64,000 bases of DNA from Balanoglossus misakiensis (lineage: Eukaryota; Animalia; Hemichordata): assembly GCA_040954595.2 (NCBI GenBank), contig CM082598.2, positions 9,501,097 to 9,565,096 of the forward strand, read 5' to 3'. Under the pieces are notes generated by a model. That model did no database searches, had not been told where the DNA came from, and worked only from the letters and a program-made list of their open reading frames with translations. Both the position numbers and the translations under genes were made by a program. Position 1 is the stretch's first letter. The number at the start of each line of letters is the position of its first letter. Below, piece by piece: positions 24,176 to 37,664 of the stretch.

Positions 24176-25236
24176 GTAAGTAGTTCAGTCAGATCGCACG
24201 GTACTCATTTGCATATGAAAGTTCGTCATTAACTTTCAATCAGACGGCAATTTTTACACTCTGTGGTACAATAAAATACCATGCTAGCTCGATAAATTAC
24301 GAAAGTGATTCCCATTTTTCATTGCAGACGTAAATTTTATGAGAATCTGTCGGTAATAGTAGTAGTTTTTAACATGTTTTCGGTGGTATGTTGGTGACCC
24401 CGGAAGAGACGTCCACAAACGTGCCAAAAATCATTTGAAGACGACCTCGGAAGTTAACCAAGTTTTCGTGACAGATAGGTCTAATATCGGAACTATAAAG
24501 TGTATGGATAATTTAGCATAGGCCTAAACGAACACACAATAAAATATTTCGTGGGTTTTTTTTTTATGTGAACGAGAACTACACTCACGAACGGCCTAGC
24601 TACAGCTGGACTTGCAAAATATGCGAGCGAACGCACTAGCGCCGCGGAACGCGGAAGTGATGGCACAATCTACAAATTGCACGCGCCCGGCCCAGCACGC
24701 GGCAGACGATCGTACGACTCTGTTGCTAGCCAAGACAGACGCGCCCGTATACAGTGTTTATATATGTGTACCTCCGTACTCAGGGCAGATCAGTTGCGGG
24801 CGCGCACGCATGCGTAGACATCGCCTTTACTGCTCAAGACGAGATCGTATACACACGGTGCCTATCCCCTATAGAGGTACGCGTACGGTGTGGTTTTGCA
24901 CATAAATTTAGTTAACACTGACCAAGCTTCATTGCTGTTCTCGTCCACACCAAACAAACCCACAAAATATTTTATTCTTTGTTCATTGAGGACGTCGCGT
25001 TTATGCTAAGTTTATTAATATCTATACACTTTATTGTTCCATGACGCCCGTGGTTTACCGTACTTGACTACGTGTGAGGAGCTCAGCTGGCGTATTTATA
25101 TTTTTTTCTCCGTATCGTGGGATATAACTATAAGTAGGCTTTTCGAAAATGCCAAGTGTAACTTCAAAACCACTTCCCTTTATTCGCTGATGATATATGC
25201 AAATCATTGCATTGGGTTGATAAATAATAATAATAA

Positions 25237-25648
25237 GGCCAGAGAAAATAAAAATCTTGTTCATCGGATTTTTGGGACCAAGTTCCAGGAGCGGCGAGCG
25301 AATATTTTGTTTAACTTTTTTTTATGCTGAAGGTAAATGCGGTTCTCTGGCATATTTGCACAGATGCAGACAAGGCGAGTTAATTGTTTCCCTTTTTACC
25401 AGAAATATCTCAGACAAAAACACTGATACATCATGCACTTGTAACTGAATTCAATACTATATTTCCCAACAATAACATAGGCCATTACATTTACAGTTGG
25501 TGTTTGCACAACATATTCTGGCCACCAGCGCCAGTACTAAGAATTTTGTAACGCGGAAGTAGAATATTTGCCGAGATCCAAAAAAAAAAAATGTTCCAAA
25601 TAGTAGAAGCGGCGATTCCGATGAACAATTAATTTTTTCTTCCTGGCC
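25237..25648. mobile_element. PIF/Harbinger-like MITE
   Basis: Ends GGCCAG..AAAA..TTGTTCATCGGA / TCCGATGAACAA..TTTT..CTGGCC. TAA TSD. Confidence 0.7.
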
Positions 25649-26937
25649 TAATAGTAATTTATTTATATTTATTTATTGAACAGTGTTCAAAATACTACTA
25701 CAAAATACAGAATAAAGAGTTAAAAAATACAACAAAATACAGAATAAATTGTCAACTCAGACAGCTAAAATAAAACAGTCAACTGCCACAAAAAATCAAT
25801 CTTCATCAATCTGAAAGAAAAATAAAATAAAATAAAAAAGTGAGTGTCCTTGACGGGCAAACTTTCACAAAAAATTGTTAGGGTTTAGTAAAACTGGAGA
25901 GAGAGGTGGGAAAACTAGGCAGCCGGTTCAATCCCAGGTTCAAGCCTGCGCCCGCGTATACGTACACATGCATGCTGTCTTCTCCCGACATTTTGTTGAA
26001 GAAAAGGCGCTCAAAGGTTAAAAAGTAAACAAAATGGCGCTCACAGGTTGAAAAGTAAACAAAATTGAACTGGTCATATCGTCACTATGAAAGCTTGGAA
26101 GTGAATGAAAACTCAAAGAGAGGGGATTTGATGTCTATATTTTGATAAAGGTCTGAAATTTCGTGGTAAAATCCATGTGTAACGGTCAGCTTAAAAATAA
26201 TCGAGAGGATGTCAACGCTATGTGTTTTTTCACAGTCGTCAGAAATTTCGTGATTACAAAGAAACTACATGACAGAAGTTGCCAAAAAATTATTCAGTAA
26301 CAATCCAGTATACCTACCTTCAAGTGAATCCACGGTTTTGTCTTAAAATAATCAACATTGCCTGAAAACAGCTCTATAATATCGAGTAAAAAAATGGCCT
26401 ATTTCGCGACCCGTCAGCGACCTCCAGGTATGTAGGAGCTCAGTACTTCGAAGTGCATACTCCGAGTTCAAAGACCGAGTCGGACTTCTAAGTCCGAGTA
26501 CTCGGACTTATACACTCCGAGTAGTGGCTGTACTCGGACTTGTATACACCGAGTTGCACTCGGTGCTCGGACTTGCGTACTCCGAGTTACACACTGCCTA
26601 TGAAAGACAACAGACGGCAAAAATCCTGTTTTCATTACTCAAGAAGTCATTTATTGCTTACTACCACGATCGGTGTTCATGATGTCTTGTTGCGCCAGTT
26701 TTGAATAGGCATGGGCTTTACATCCATAAAAACATTCACACGGCTAGTTCACACAGTCACTCCCTGGCGTTCACTAAAGCATAGCACGTAACTGCACTCG
26801 CACAACCGTTTTTCAAAATAAAAAAATACGTTTATTTAGACATAAAAACGAAGGGCAAGTATACCGATCACGGAACAATGCGGAAGCGAGTAGTCAGATT
26901 CATCGCGCGATCATCGGATGAGCGCAGTGCAACCTAA

Positions 26938-27193
26938 AGGCTGCCGCACACGAGAGAAATTAGCTGAGCAAAAAGTCATTCGAGGAATTTTGCTCAGCAA
27001 TTTTCCACCCGTGTGCGGGCGGTTTTTCCTGATCTTTTTACTTTTGCGCCGCGGATCACGATATTCAACATGTTTGATATTTTTTTCCTCGCGAGGAAAA
27101 TTACTCAAGACCACCGCACACGAGAGAAACTTGCTGAGCAAAATTCCTCGAATGGCGTTTTGCTCAGCTGATTTCTCTCGTGTGCGGCGGCCT
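26938..27193. mobile_element. PIF/Harbinger-like foldback MITE
   Basis: AGGCTGCCGCACACGAGAGAAAT...ATTTCTCTCGTGTGCGGCGGCCT with long inverted arms. TAA TSD (26935-26937, 27194-27196). Confidence 0.85.
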
Positions 27194-27208
27194 TAAGGTG
27201 GTGAGGGT

Positions 27209-30200
27209 TGTAATGTTATGCGTCGATATTCTATATGGAAAGGCACACACTCGTCAAGTTGAACTGTAACTCAACTTATACTTTATTAGCAAGTACAACG
27301 GAAGTGGCGTAGAAAGGTTGGGGGCGCTATTCCACTAGCATATATCATTACATCCCCTTTCTTTATAAAAAGAAGAAATGAGCATGAAACATTGCTCTGT
27401 TGCTAATAACAAACTAGCATGCAAACACGTAATGCTCTAGCAAATTTCTGAGCTTCGTAAGAGTCAATAGAACAATAAAGAATTAACAGATAACGAATGT
27501 CTATTGTCTGTGAACTGTTCATTTGTTCATGTTTCTTTCTGGAAATATCATGTTGCAACAACAAGTGTTCTCTATCAATGTGGTTTCAATGTTTTACACA
27601 TAGTCTTTTTTCCATACTGGTGGTTTGATCGCTCTGCCTGAAGATGTTCTCTTCACATCACTCTGTTTGGTGTTGTTGTTTCCCATGTTGTTGTTCTGTG
27701 TTACAGCCTGACTGTCCGTGACTGTATGACTAATGATGGCTTGTTTCGGTTCATCACTCGATCCGGTCGATGTTTCAACCATGTACGATCTAGGTTCAGG
27801 GCATTTCTCAGTGATCTTCCCTGTTGTCCATCGTAGTGATTGTGGGTGTTGCAGACCAACTGTTTGTCCAACTTGTAAATCTGGACGGTCACGAGCTGAT
27901 CTGTCATAGTAGTACTTCTGTACTTCCTGACGTTTACGAAGAGAAGTCATCGTTTCTTCGTCTCCTTTCACTCTGGTGGGTAGGTTTGTTCTGACCTTCC
28001 TGTTGTACAACAAATCTGTAGGACTGCCAATCTTTCCATCCGACGGGGTAGCTCTAACACACAGTAATGCAAGCTCTGGATCAATCCCTGCGTGTTTTGC
28101 TTTCTTCATTGTGGCTTTTACAGTCTGTACAGCTCTTTCAATGAAACCGTTTGACTGTGGGTAGTGAGGTGAGGACATGACGTGTCTGAATCCCCAATTC
28201 TCACTGAATTCTCTGAATTCCTTGCTGGAATAGCATGGTCCACCATCACTAAACATGCGTTCAGGAATTCCGTGCTCTCCGAATATAGTCTTGAGTTTCC
28301 TGATAACTGCTCTGCTGGTTTCAGCGTTGAGGTGTCTAACAAATGTCATCTTGCTGTAGTAGTTTCCGACTACAAGATATGTATCACCATCTAACGCAAA
28401 TAGATCAGATCCTATGTTCTGCCATGGTGCGCTTGGCATGTCATGGGGTATCATGCTCTGTTTCAGTTCTCTCTTTGTGATCCGCAGACAGGCATCGCAT
28501 TTGTCAATCATGCATTCAATATCATTGTCTATCCCTCTCCAGTAGACACAGGTTCTGGCTCTGAGTCGCGTCTTTTCAATACCTTGGTGACTCATATGTA
28601 GCTTTGATAGTATCTCATCCTGGAGGGATTTTGGAACTATGATGCGTTCACCTTTCATCAGAATCCCATCTTCGACAGAGATGAAGTCTTTCATACTCCA
28701 GTACTGTCTAACAAGCTTAAGCACATCTTGCACCTTTTCAGGCCATCCGCTGGTGACTATGTTTTTCAACATTTGGAGTTCTGGATCACAGTCTGTGTGA
28801 TAACGCAGCTGATCCATTTTTGCATCTGACCATCGTACACTGTGGATAGTCTTCTCCAGCTTCAGTGTTGCGGACGGTTTTGGGTTGAGGCGTGATAATG
28901 CGTCGGCCAATAGTAGCTCTCTGCCTGGTCTGTATTTTATCTCCATGTCGTATTGTTGTATCCGTAGCAACATCCGTTGCAAACGTGGGGGAGCCTGGCT
29001 CAGAGTTTTGAGCTTTATGGCTTCGAGGGGTTTGTGGTCCGATTCAACAACAAACTTGGACCCATAAACGTATGTGTGGAAGCGTTCGGCTCCAAATACT
29101 ACTGCAAGCATTTCTCTCTCAATGTTCGCATATCGTTCCTCTGTGGACGTAAGTGCTTTCGATGCAAATGCAATTACATCTTCTCGACCATTGGCGTTGA
29201 CTTGGATCAACACTGCACCAAGTCCCTTTTTGCTGGCGTCGACCTGTATTTTCGTTTCTCGCTGGGGGTCGAAGTAGTTGAGTGTAACAGTGTTACATAT
29301 CAGCTTCTTGATCTCTTGGAAGACATTCTCGTGAGTTGCTGTCCATGTCCAACTCGTGTCCTTCTTGATCAGTTCGCGTAGTGCTGAAGTTTTGCTAGAT
29401 AGGTTTGGTATGAATGGTGCTAAATACTGTACCATACCAAGAAATTGCTGAGGCTCCTTAACACTTGTAGGGCTCGGCAGGTCAACAATTTCTTTTACTT
29501 TCCTTTCGTCTGGGCGGTATAGACCATACCGTAGAATGTGACCTCGTTAGTCTTGATTTTACACTTTTCATCGTTGAAGACAAGACCATTCTGACGAGCA
29601 TGTATCATCAAGTTATGTATGTTGGCGTCGTGATCAGCGTCATCTTTTCCTAAGACGATAATGTCATCGGCGATACTCAGAGTACCATTGCAGCCAGCCA
29701 ATATCAGATCCATCTTCTCCTGGAATACATCTTGAGAGACTTTAAGACCAAATGGTAAGCGACGAAATCTATACCGCTTACTTGGTGTACTGAATGATGT
29801 CAGTGCTGCAGACTTGTCATCGAGCTCAATGCTCCAATAACCATGTCGGGCGTCTAACTTGCTGAAGACTTTGGCACCTGCGAGTTTGTGAGTAATCTCC
29901 TCGACTGTTGGCGCTCTATGGTATGTTCGCTTGATTGCAATGTTCAAGTTACGTGGATCCAGACACACACGTAATTTACCTGAATCCTTTCTGCTGAAAG
30001 CGAGTGAGTTCAGCCATTCAGTGCTTTCGTTTTCTGGGATGGGTTCAATGACACCCATTTTTGTCATTTTGTCGAGTTCAGCCTGAATCTCATCCTTCAA
30101 ATGGATAGGGTATTTCCTGGGGGGACTTACCACTGGTGTCACGTCTGGCTTTACATCGATGTGGTATTTACCAGGAAACTTGCCAATACCCGTAAATCTA

Positions 30201-32085
30201 TCGGGGTATGTGTCCACAAGCGTTGACGTGTTGTCTATCCGCTTTGGTGCGTCTGAACTTGTAACACGTAGTGTCATTGCTGCGACAGTGTTGACTGTGA
30301 TTATGTTCAACAGTTGACTAGCGTGTTTCCCCAGAATTATCGGTCCTGGTGTGTCAGCAACGAAGAATTCTATATTGTGCCATTGTTTTGTTCCAACATC
30401 GTATCGCAATCTCAGGTTGACAGAACCATGTTGATTGATTTCTGTGCCGTTGTACGCATATAACTTCACGTGTGGGCGTTTCTCTAGGATGTTACCCTGA
30501 CTGAGTCCTGTAGGACTGACTAGTGATGGAAACATGTTTTTGAATGTTCTCACCGGTAGGACGTTTCCTTGCGCTCCGGTGTCCACTTTACATCTCATCT
30601 TGGCTACCCGACTGTAACCAGGGATGCGTGCGTCAACATCAATCATGATGTCACCGTCATCACGATTTCGTCTTGTGTTTCTATTGATAGCGTCGAAGGA
30701 GAACTGTTCGTAGTCATCATCGGAATCAACGTCTAGTGCGTGTACAGTTTTCTTCCTGCCATCGTCTTGGTTCCCATATCCACTGCGAGTCGTAGTGCGG
30801 CTTTTTGTCTGTCGATTAGATACAAATGGTTTCCTGCCACCGCTTGTGGGCTTTTGTTGTTCATTCAGCAACTTACATCGGGCTTTCCAATGTCCGGTTT
30901 TACCACAAGTACCACATTTGCTATGAAATGCTGGACATTGTCCATATGGGTGGTCCTTTGCACAAAACTTGCAATTAGCTACACCTTTAGTCTTCTTTGT
31001 ATCACGTTTCTTGTGGATAGCATCTACTTTGGTAGTTGGCGTACCTGCACTTTCAAATGCTTTCATGTGCGCATGCGTCGCTTCTTGGGCTCTACACTTC
31101 TTCAGTGCATCTTCTATCGTCAGCTTTTCACCCTCACTGAGCAATTCTTTGCGGGAGTCATTCACTCGTGTACCCATAATTAACTGGTCAATCAGACGGT
31201 CATCCATGTCTTTGAACTTACACTTCAAGGCTAGTGCTCTGCAGCGTGTATAGAACTCATCAATACTTTCTCCATCTTTCTGCTTGTATGCAGTCAAGTT
31301 CAGTCTGTGTACTCGGAAATGATCCGCAAAACCAACTGACTGTTTAAATTTGTCCCATACGTTGTTGGGCGTTTTCCGTTCAAGGTCAGTTAATGTCCAT
31401 GTTTTGGACAGGTGCTCACCCTTTTCTCCTGCTTGGAAGATGATGTAGTGGTGTTGTTCCGCGTCTGGAACTTTCTTTATGTCAAACCAGCGATCCAGCC
31501 TGTTGCGATAATCGAGTAGAGCAGCCTGGTCGTCACCACTCTCCCATTTCATGTGAGGACATTTTATACCGTCGCCCATGTTGGCCAACAGCGTTTGAAA
31601 TGTGTATGTCTGTATCACAAATAACAGGAACAGAGTCTCTACGTAGTCGATCGTTCAAGATCCGTACTGGTGAAAAGACGATATTTACCACGAAAGTTTG
31701 GTAACCAGTTCAATTCCGTCCGTTGTCGAGAATATCGGTTGTCCAAAGTTCATGTAAGGACAGTGTCACGTGTATAGTTCAGAAGGCACGTTTTCAATAT
31801 GGCTTCTTCACCACCGTGACGTCGCGTCGTGCCCTTTCCAATGTAGAAATCCCAGCGTCAATTCGTTCAACACACGAATTATTCACACAAAAGTAGCGTA
31901 TAGAGTTCAAGTGGTCTCAGTATACTTTACCGCTGCCACCATGTAATGTTATGCGTCGATATTCTATATGGAAAGGCACACACTCGTCAAGTTGAACTGT
32001 AACTCAACTTATACTTTATTAGCAAGTACAACGGAAGTGGCGTAGAAAGGTTGGGGGCGCTATTCCACTAGCATATATCATTACA
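27209..32085 (-). mobile_element. Ty3/Gypsy LTR retrotransposon C (Mag-like), very recent
   Basis: Identical 144-bp LTRs at 27209-27352 and 31942-32085. TSD AGGGT (27204-27208, 32086-32090). PBS TGGTGGCAGCGGT (tRNA-Leu-like). PPT AAGAAAGGGGA. Confidence 0.96.
27594..31618 (-). pseudogene. gag-pro-RT-RNaseH-integrase of element C with one frameshift near 29500
   Basis: 707-aa ORF: Gag, CGTCGKTGHWKARC, protease VDTGA, RT LPFGL and IADDII. 613-aa ORF: RNase H VDAS, integrase HMSHQG..CDAC, SDLF, SDGG, NGFIER. The break lies at the end of RT. Confidence 0.93.
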
Positions 32086-33959
32086 AGGGTCACGCGCAGA
32101 GCACCATGGGGGGTCCAACATGACCGTGTGCGGCAGCCTTAAGCGTTCATTTGACTTCAGGCTGGCCTCGAGTACACACGTCAGCAGTGTCTGGACGATC
32201 ACTTTCTTTGAACCTTTTACGTAGGATATTTTGATTTTTGTGACACCGGACATTTAGTTGTGCACAGATTGGTACCAAGTTCGTTCTCTGTGATATTTTC
32301 GGCTCGCTTGACGTTTTTAACCGTCTATTCGGATCGATGTACTGGCCGCGGGGCTATGCGCATACGTCGACGTAGCTGCATGATGGCCGCCGAGCGTGAA
32401 AAGCTTTACCGTAGGCCAACATACCGTTGCAGCTTTTCTATTCATTCTACATGTATTACAACTCAGTTTTCTTCTCAAATATGTACAGAATTTTTTAAAA
32501 CCCCACTCCAAACTGCAAATAAACGAAAAACAGAAGACTTCTTTTTATTTTACGCACAATGAGTACAAGAAACCTACATGCATGTTTGTAAATATGTGGT
32601 TAGTTACGCAAGTCAAACGGCGCGCGTCCTTAACTACCACATAAAAAATCGTATATAAGTGCTTGAAAGAAAATTTTACTGCCACTGGAATGGTACCGAA
32701 GCGAGCATAATGTCGTTGGTCTTTTTCAGGAACGTGTTGACTGTAATAGGGTTATTCTAAAATTTAGTATTACTGTACAGTAAGTTGCAATCACCACGGC
32801 CTTCACATACGGATAGGGAATATGTTGGGCGCCTATGAGATACATGTAGTACAGTTTCTAAATACGGTGAAATCGATAAAATAAAAGGGGCGCTTTGGGG
32901 CTCCCATGCAATTTCACACACATTACATATTAGTCTATCAAAATATACAAATAACAAAGCTGTGCGACCGCTGTTTAGTCTGCCTGCTAACTTCAAACTA
33001 CGTCGCCCGAGTACGATCGTTGGCAACAGTACGCCATGATGCCAGCTGACATATGGAGTGGAAAAACACCAAAAAATCGCGACTCAGAACAAAATCGATA
33101 GTACTTTCCTCACAGAACGATGCTAACATACATGAACTTATAAAAATTCGATTGGTTTTTCGTTCGATAGGAGTTTCCTTTACATAACCTACGAGAACAT
33201 AAGTCGATTGCGCACAGAAAGCTACACGCGTGACACTGATGGGTCGACCATGTTTTGCTGACTAAGAGTGGGTTAAACCGGAAGTGACGTCGTGACCCTC
33301 ACCACCTTGTGCAACCTCGACCATATTTCAAAGGTCAGGTCATTCAAAAATGGCGATTGTCGCATCGCAGTATGCGCATTTCGTGTTCGTTAGCGTACTT
33401 TTCACTTAGCTTCTAAAATTGACAAACCAATGAGCTCCTTATAAAATTCAGTGTAAAATCAGACTTGGATATGATCTAGTAGATAGGAAAGGTCAGTATT
33501 TAACCAAACGGAAATTACGCGGAGCGTGCATTTTGTACATGATACAGCATGTCGAGAGATTTAAAGAAAGTTGAATGTTGCGATACTTTCAAAACCCCTC
33601 GATCGATTTGACTGGAAGCTCAGTATAAAGTATTCCCACATTTTTATCGCAATATCGAATATTATTTGTGCCTTCAAAAGCTGGCTTTTATTCAACTGTA
33701 ACTCGGAGTACGCAAGTCCGAGCACCGAGTGCAACTCGGTGTATACAAGTCCGAGTACAGCCACTACTCGGAGTGTATAAGTCCGAGTACTCGGACTTTG
33801 AAGTCCAACTCGCTCTTTGAACTCGGAGTATGCACTTCGAAGTACTCTTACATACCTCATCAGCGGGGCCCACTCTAACGGCAACATTGATTGAATTACT
33901 TTCCCTCATTAAGGATGTACGCGCAGAACATAAACCGGAAACACTGCGCGCCCGGTCTT

Positions 33960-34190
33960 TTTCCCATAGGATTACATTGATAATCGGCAGATAACAAACT
34001 TCTACTATTGTCATTTTCACGAAATTTTACACATAGCTCAGTCCAGCAAATATAAATTCATTGGTCAAATTTAGGGGTCCATAGACTAACCATTGGTGAA
34101 AAATGCTGAGTCAGCAGATTTCTTCTATTATAGACCAAATTCATGGCTCTGTATTTCATAAACAAGCGCGGTGACCCCTATATTTTATTA
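33960..34190. repeat. Dispersed repeat; inverted copy at ~43175-43445
   Basis: CCATAGGATTACATTGATAAT...CTACTATTGTC.TTTTCACGAAATTTTAC...TCATGGCTCTGTATTTCA...GGTGACCCCTATATTTT occurs reverse-complemented at 43175-43445. Confidence 0.75.
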
Positions 34191-34337
34191 CGGATTTTCA
34201 TTATACATACAAAGGAGAATAAAAAAATCCACAATTAAAAAAAAATGACAATACTTTCAATTTTACTGAACGTACATCCTTAACATATGTTAATGAGTAC
34301 CATGCGATCTGACTGGTTACCTCTCCAGAGGGCGCCG

Positions 34338-34804
34338 TCAATGACCTTTGGCTTTTCAGAGGCGCGGTCAAGACGTCTCTCCAAATCCGTCTGAGCTCAT
34401 GCTCTGATTCTCTTCTACCATGCATACACCGCTTCATGTGATTGGCTGATATGCCAGACAGAAGTTCCATTGTGTGCATGGATCTTGTGTACATTCAATC
34501 TGTACACCTAACGTCTTTGTCACGTGACGTAGCATACGTGTAGAACAGAGGTTCGGAACAAAAGCGATACTTGTACGCGTAAATTATGATTACGTGTACA
34601 AAAAATTCGGATTTTCTCGATTTTCGTTGAACGATCTATAAAAATGAAATTGTGGAGTAAGTAGGTGATACTTCCGATGGAACGCCGTTGACGAATCAGT
34701 TACCTTCCCTCAAATCAAATGCAACTTCAGCGCCTTCATTGGTTGAACAAAACAAATTTGGAGAGACGTCTTGACCGCGTCTCTGAAAAGCCAAAGGTCA
34801 TTGA
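34338..34804. mobile_element. MITE-like inverted-repeat element
   Basis: ~50-bp inverted repeat TCAATGACCTTTGGCTTTTCAGAG.CGCGGTCAAGACGTCTCTCCAAAT / ATTTGGAGAGACGTCTTGACCGCG.CTCTGAAAAGCCAAAGGTCATTGA. Confidence 0.7.
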
Positions 34805-35077
34805 GAGGCAAGGTAGTATCTGGGTACAGTGTACGCATTTTTGTACCGGGGGTATGCATGCATGTGTTGCTGAAATGGTTCATGTATGGACAGATGGATG
34901 TATCACATTTGAATTTGTTACTAGGTTATTTCATTTCAATGAAATGAAGCAAGTCACTATCAAAAATATGCATTTGAGCCAGGAAAATCTAAAAATTATC
35001 AAAACTCAAGTAGAACTTCTTGCTGATCAAATGGGAGCACAGTGTCTTTGGCACTAATTTTTGCCATTTTTTTTCAG

Positions 35078-35229
35078 GTGAGAAATATGTCCAACCTGTA
35101 TTGTTAGAAGTAAACTATGGTCCAGATGCAACAAGAGTTGAGAGTTACAATCCGGGCTTTTACAATATAGTGTTCAGCACACTGTTTCTTGATGATACTG
35201 AGAATTCTCAAATAAAAAGACTTCTTTGA
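35078..35229 (+). CDS. TTLL12: Tubulin-tyrosine-ligase-like 12, last coding exon
   Basis: Polypyrimidine TTTTTTTTCAG acceptor. Phase-1 join with the upstream exon gives G-EKYVQPVLLEVNYGPD...FYNIVFSTLFLDD...stop, matching recalled TTLL12 (QPQILEVNFNPD...FFNDVFSTLFLD). AATAAA at ~35402. Confidence 0.92.
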
Positions 35230-36614
35230 TTGAGATGCATATGACAATGTGCTGCACTTTTCAACTTTACCATACTCTGTCCATCATAGCTCATGCTCGT
35301 TTGGAAATTTTGAAAAAAAAATTACAAAGCCCATACCATATTGCAGCAGAGCAACTGACTTGGCTTTGCATTAGTTTATTTACATAAATTAGCATATATT
35401 AAATAAACCTAGCCATACACAGACAACATTCTATAATATATTATAGGCCCATACCCTACATTTTATTTAGATTTTCCTTTCACTCCCGAGGGGCTATGAT
35501 GGGACAAGTATGGTAATTTGGTGTATAATCTAGTATATTGCACACTGTAATTTACAAGTTTTGATCAAATGGTAGCACAATGTTCGTATCACTATTTTTC
35601 TGCATTTATGTTTTAAATAGCATGGAATGCAGTTTTACTCGCTTAATTCTAAAACATATTTCACTAGCCTATTTTTTCCAGATACAGTAGTTAAAACATC
35701 TTTCTATATTTTCCGTAATTTAATTATAATGCTCAAACAATGTTCAAATTTCCTGAGCTACAGAAAATGAAAAATCATTTATATGGATTTTCACATCATG
35801 AAGTATATTTTATTGTCATGCAGTGTCTGTAATACAACAGGAAAGGTTAGTGAAGAGACTTACTATGTGACAGTTTTGACATATACCACGGTCACACTGG
35901 TAAAAATTCAAAAGGTTTCAGAGACACTACATGTATTTGCCTTTTGTAAACACAGAGAATTAATCCCTTGAGTCACTTGTGTCCACACACACAAAGTTTA
36001 TGTATAGGCGCTGAGGGTTGGCCGCATAGACAATGGGTTGCGGAGAGGTGTTAATTCTTACACCGACTCAGGTCTGGCCGCCATTAGTTGATAAGAGACA
36101 GTTCAGAAATGTCTGGTCCCTGTGTGACCCCATAATAGTGACTACGGACTACAACTACTGCTGTGACCTGAAATTAATCTACTACTCATCACAATGTCTA
36201 CACTAAGTGTTGTAATATTCTTGGTTTGGTGAACTAATAGACTGCGATATCTTTAAAAAAATTGTAACTTTTTCTGAAGTTTAGCAGAAAGATAATTGTC
36301 AAATATCTTTGGATGTTTGATTTTTTTCTGCGTTTTTGATAAAATCTAAAATAAACCTTTATTTCCCAGAAAACATTATGGACTACGGTATCGGTACTTC
36401 TTTGCAACATTTTGTTTTCAATCACAATATTTGTCTGGAGGTTTTTGCTACCTTCTGGCTCCATGTTTATGCTTGTGTTTATACTCAACATATACTTTGA
36501 ATGCATTGTAAAAGACAACATACACAAAATACTTAAAGTTACCCATCTGTAATACTCTGCTACACATTTTATATGTTCTGTATGCATGTTGTGTTTAATA
36601 AACTTCATCTTCAT

Positions 36615-37664
36615 CAGTCCCTGTTCACTCCATAAATGGAGACGTGTTCTGCGCAACCGCAGTACGTTTAACCTCGTGAACTCAGATGTGCACATGCGTA
36701 CAACATTCCCTGTTCACTCCATAAATGGAGACGTGTTAAATTTCCGACCTACCCATGTACGGCAACAGAAAGCAAAGTGAGCGTAATTCAATAAAACGAC
36801 CTATACAAGCCTGAACTCTGATTATTTCTGGTCCCAAAACTCCTTTCGTGAAAAACTCACTGGACTGTTTACGTATTTCAGCGAGTACTACCCGCTGGAA
36901 GTGACTGGGATTATGCTAATGAGACCTCGCACACAGTACATGCAGTAGTGAGTGTGAGGGTCAAAGTCCGCTGCCGGAGTTGTAGCGCAAATTAAACTTC
37001 TGGGAAGCAATCATTTGATCGTTTCTTTTGACATATAACATAATTATTCTTTTATTATCAAAACACAACGATATTTTACAACCCGCAATCGGCAACCCGC
37101 GGCCCGCAACCCGCATTTTAACGCTTCCCCACATGTACATGTATCACTGTTCACATGTACATACACCCTAACCACGTTCTGAACATGACATGGTATTTTC
37201 AAAATGTTACCCCAAATTACCCCATCATGTGAGAGCCATGAAACTCGCGCCCATTGTCCAGCAGTAGTTAGTTGACTATCCTATTCACTCAAAACAAAAA
37301 GAACGGGTGTGAAAAAGTCACTAGAACAGCATTGATACAGAGGTGTATAACACTGTCGATGATTTCAAGAGAAAAACATGGACGCAGCCCAGGCAGATCG
37401 GTTACTGTATGTGGCGATATCTTTCTAAGTATTTCACTCAACTTGTACAGGCGATGCCATGCTGTCTTCTGGAATGTGCTAGTAACATCACACATCGAAA
37501 TTTTACGAAGTTGCCGCTCCATAAGGTCGAAAATCACCGAAGTCTACGTGTAAACAAATCAGCGAGTGATACTCACTTGCGAACTTCGCGGGATATGCAA
37601 ATTTATTTCTGAGCATGTGCAGTACAATTTAACACGTCTCCATTTATGGAGTGAACAGGGACTG
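36615..37664. mobile_element. Non-autonomous TIR element with a duplicated left end
   Basis: 34-bp TIR CAGTCCCTGTTCACTCCATAAATGGAGACGTGTT, with a second left-arm copy at ~36707. Flanked by TTCAT on both sides. Confidence 0.8.

Larger units (their letters stand above)
26936..33308. mobile_element. Non-autonomous TIR element with 9-bp TSD (Mutator/MULE-like)
   Basis: The reconstructed left TIR AAGGTGGTGAGGGTCACG (split by two insertions) matches the right end CGTGACCCTCACCACCTT. TSD GTGCAACCT (26927-26935, 33309-33317). Confidence 0.8.
26426..33857. mobile_element. Long-TIR non-autonomous DNA element (outer layer of the nest)
   Basis: ~165-bp TIRs rich in CTCGGACTT/TCCGAG repeats (26426-26591 vs 33697-33857). 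The internal sequence is split by the nested insertion. TSD not resolved. Confidence 0.85.

Noticed and set aside
24200-25210. Possible long-TIR element
   Set aside because: Only patchy inverted similarity (~24490-24560 vs ~24955-25040) was seen, and ends and TSD could not be defined.
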